Source of the DNA: Cyanidioschyzon merolae
Taxonomy: Eukaryota
Strand: one strand, 5' to 3'
DNA: 64,000 bases
Assembly (NCBI GenBank): GCA_000091205.1
Contig: AP006494.2
The notes beneath the pieces were generated by a model. The model saw nothing but the letters and a program-made list of their open reading frames with translations. It ran no database searches and was not told the DNA's origin. The position numbers were made by a program, and so were the translations under genes. How positions within the stretch are numbered: position 1 is the stretch's first letter; every line of letters begins with the position of its first letter. This document shows, in pieces, positions 62,777 to 64,000 of this stretch.

Positions 62777-64000
62777 CTAGCTCTCAGCGCTGTGCTCGCT
62801 CACATGCGACCTGTCAGCACCGGAGCTGGCCTTGTCGTTTGCGAGCATACTCCTGACGGTTCGTTCAAGTTCGGCGAGCTCCGCCTGCCATACACTGCGT
62901 GGCGTTGCCGCGCGCGACGCCTCCCAACGCGCTCGCCAGTGACGTGTCTCGTCGCGTGTCCGCTGGGCCTCCTCTCGAGTCAGGAGGCGGACTGGTGTGG
63001 CGAGAAGCGCCTCCAGAGAGCCCGTAGCCTCGTCGGGTGATATGCCCAACGAGATCATATCTCGCTGGACTTGGTTTAGCGAGCGGCCAAACAGCTCCAG
63101 CTTGCCGCTCACCACCAGTTCCACGAATGCGAGCCTTTTCTGTGCACTGGCGAATTTTCGCTCCAGTTCCTGGCATTCGCGTTCGAGTCTCTTCTGGTAT
63201 AAACGCTCTCGCTCTATCATGAAATCTTCCAAGATTGACAGTGGGGTTTCATACTTACGAATGCGGCCTCTGGCATCAAACAGATGCATATTGGTGCAGG
63301 ATATGGTGCTCTCGAGGCGCAAGTGTCGCCAGAGACCCTCACCGCGTTCTTCGAGGCGCTGGGCGTTCGCACGCGTCATGACCAACTCGAAACATATGTT
63401 CTCGTCGGTGTGGTACTCGCGGAATCCTTTGAGAACACCCGCTTCCGTGAGTTCATGGAGAAACGCCTTGTACGATTCAGTCCAGCGTCCTATTGGGAGC
63501 TCACGAACACGGAAGGTCGTGCTGGACAAACGTTCGACGCACCCACGGCTCACGAATACGAGCTCACTCTGGGCAATGATTTGGCCACGGAAACGTCGAT
63601 ACCACGGTTTCAGCGGCTTTGGTGATCTCCCTTGCAGCAGACACCGAACATTGTGGATGATATCCAGCGGGTGAAAGGGGGGTAGCGTCGTCGACCAGCC
63701 GGTACCGACCCCGTCGATGCCGTTCACGAGTGCCATTGGAATGATTGGCACAAAGTACTCGGGCTCGATCTGCTGGCCGTCGTCTTCGCAGTATGTCAAG
63801 AGCGGATCGTCCGAAGCGGGAAAAATCTTGCGTGTCACTGGCGACAAGCAAGTGTAGATATATCGGGCGGAGGCGGCATCCTTGCCACCGAGCAGACGAG
63901 TGCCAAACTGCCCGAGCGGCTGCAGCAGGGGAAGGTTGTTCGCTCCGCAGAAATCCTGAGCCATACGCACAATGGTGCTGTGCAGCGACTCTTCACCATG
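62777..64000 (-). CDS. TOP2: DNA topoisomerase II, C-terminal part (partial; gene continues beyond the window end)
   Basis: TAG stop at 62777. Translation ...HGEESLHSTIVRMAQDFCGANNLPLLQPLGQFGTRLLGGKDAASARYIYTCLSPVTRKIFPASDDPLLTYCEDDGQQIEPEYFVPIIPMALVNGIDGVGTGWSTTLPPF... matches the Topo II breakage-reunion/C-gate region. The frame stays open to position 64000. Confidence 0.9.
   Translation of the reverse strand, partial: HGEESLHSTIVRMAQDFCGANNLPLLQPLGQFGTRLLGGKDAASARYIYTCLSPVTRKIFPASDDPLLTYCEDDGQQIEPEYFVPIIPMALVNGIDGVGTGWSTTLPPFHPLDIIHNVRCLLQGRSPKPLKPWYRRFRGQIIAQSELVFVSRGCVERLSSTTFRVRELPIGRWTESYKAFLHELTEAGVLKGFREYHTDENICFELVMTRANAQRLEERGEGLWRHLRLESTISCTNMHLFDARGRIRKYETPLSILEDFMIERERLYQKRLERECQELERKFASAQKRLAFVELVVSGKLELFGRSLNQVQRDMISLGISPDEATGSLEALLATPVRLLTREEAQRTRDETRHWRARWEASRAATPRSVWQAELAELERTVRSMLANDKASSGADRSHVSEHSAES

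Noticed and set aside
713-64000. Treating ORF-track M residues as real ATG starts
   Set aside because: Checking the nucleotides shows that many track starts are GTG or TTG. Examples are 713, 3871, 9072, 11307, 17064, 23648, 33187, 43401, 45671, 49438, 52796 and 60407. Starts were re-derived from the first in-frame ATG supported by homology.
1-64000. Prokaryotic or viral origin; mobile elements; rRNA/tRNA
   Set aside because: Gene content is strictly eukaryotic (cohesin, NAC, RFC, Topo II C-terminal region, auxilin, SENP, DP), with long low-complexity linkers and microsatellites. No transposase, reverse transcriptase or integrase-like ORF and no terminal inverted repeats were seen. Manual scanning of intergenic regions found no convincing tRNA cloverleaf or rRNA-like segment, but this was not exhaustive.

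Overview
This window reads as eukaryotic nuclear DNA, GC-rich and apparently intron-poor. Every recognisable gene is a single uninterrupted ORF. I count about 24 protein-coding genes, roughly one per 2.7 kb, on alternating strands with many head-to-head and tail-to-tail pairs. Two genes are plastid-related: a tocopherol cyclase with a long N-terminal extension and a PAM68-like membrane protein. That points to a photosynthetic eukaryote, possibly a rhodophyte or another intron-poor alga, but this is inference. Recognised genes are RPL35A, RPL27, RPL7A, NAC-beta/BTF3, RFC small subunit, RAD21 kleisin, a FANCM-like helicase, an MGRN1-type RING E3, E2F-partner DP, auxilin-like J-protein, SDF2-like MIR protein, thymidylate kinase, ornithine aminotransferase, Ulp1/SENP protease, beta-ketoacyl-ACP synthase, the Topo II C-terminus (partial), an AAA ATPase, a Paf1-like protein, and several hypotheticals. 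The ORF track labels GTG/TTG starts as M, so I re-derived ATG starts from the sequence. The most unusual items are: a ~1300-aa protein built from two tandem COG0523/CobW-like modules (the first a pseudo-GTPase), preceded by a 127-bp tandem array rich in E-box palindromes; a second, unrelated tandem array with the same 127-bp period; a FANCM-like helicase carrying a PHD finger and a perfect 4x87-bp in-frame N-terminal repeat; two convergent genes whose stop codons are 4 bp apart; a shared ATCCAGTTT element in promoters of translation-related genes; and many alternating purine/pyrimidine microsatellites in promoter regions. I found no mobile elements, rRNA, CRISPR or convincing tRNA.
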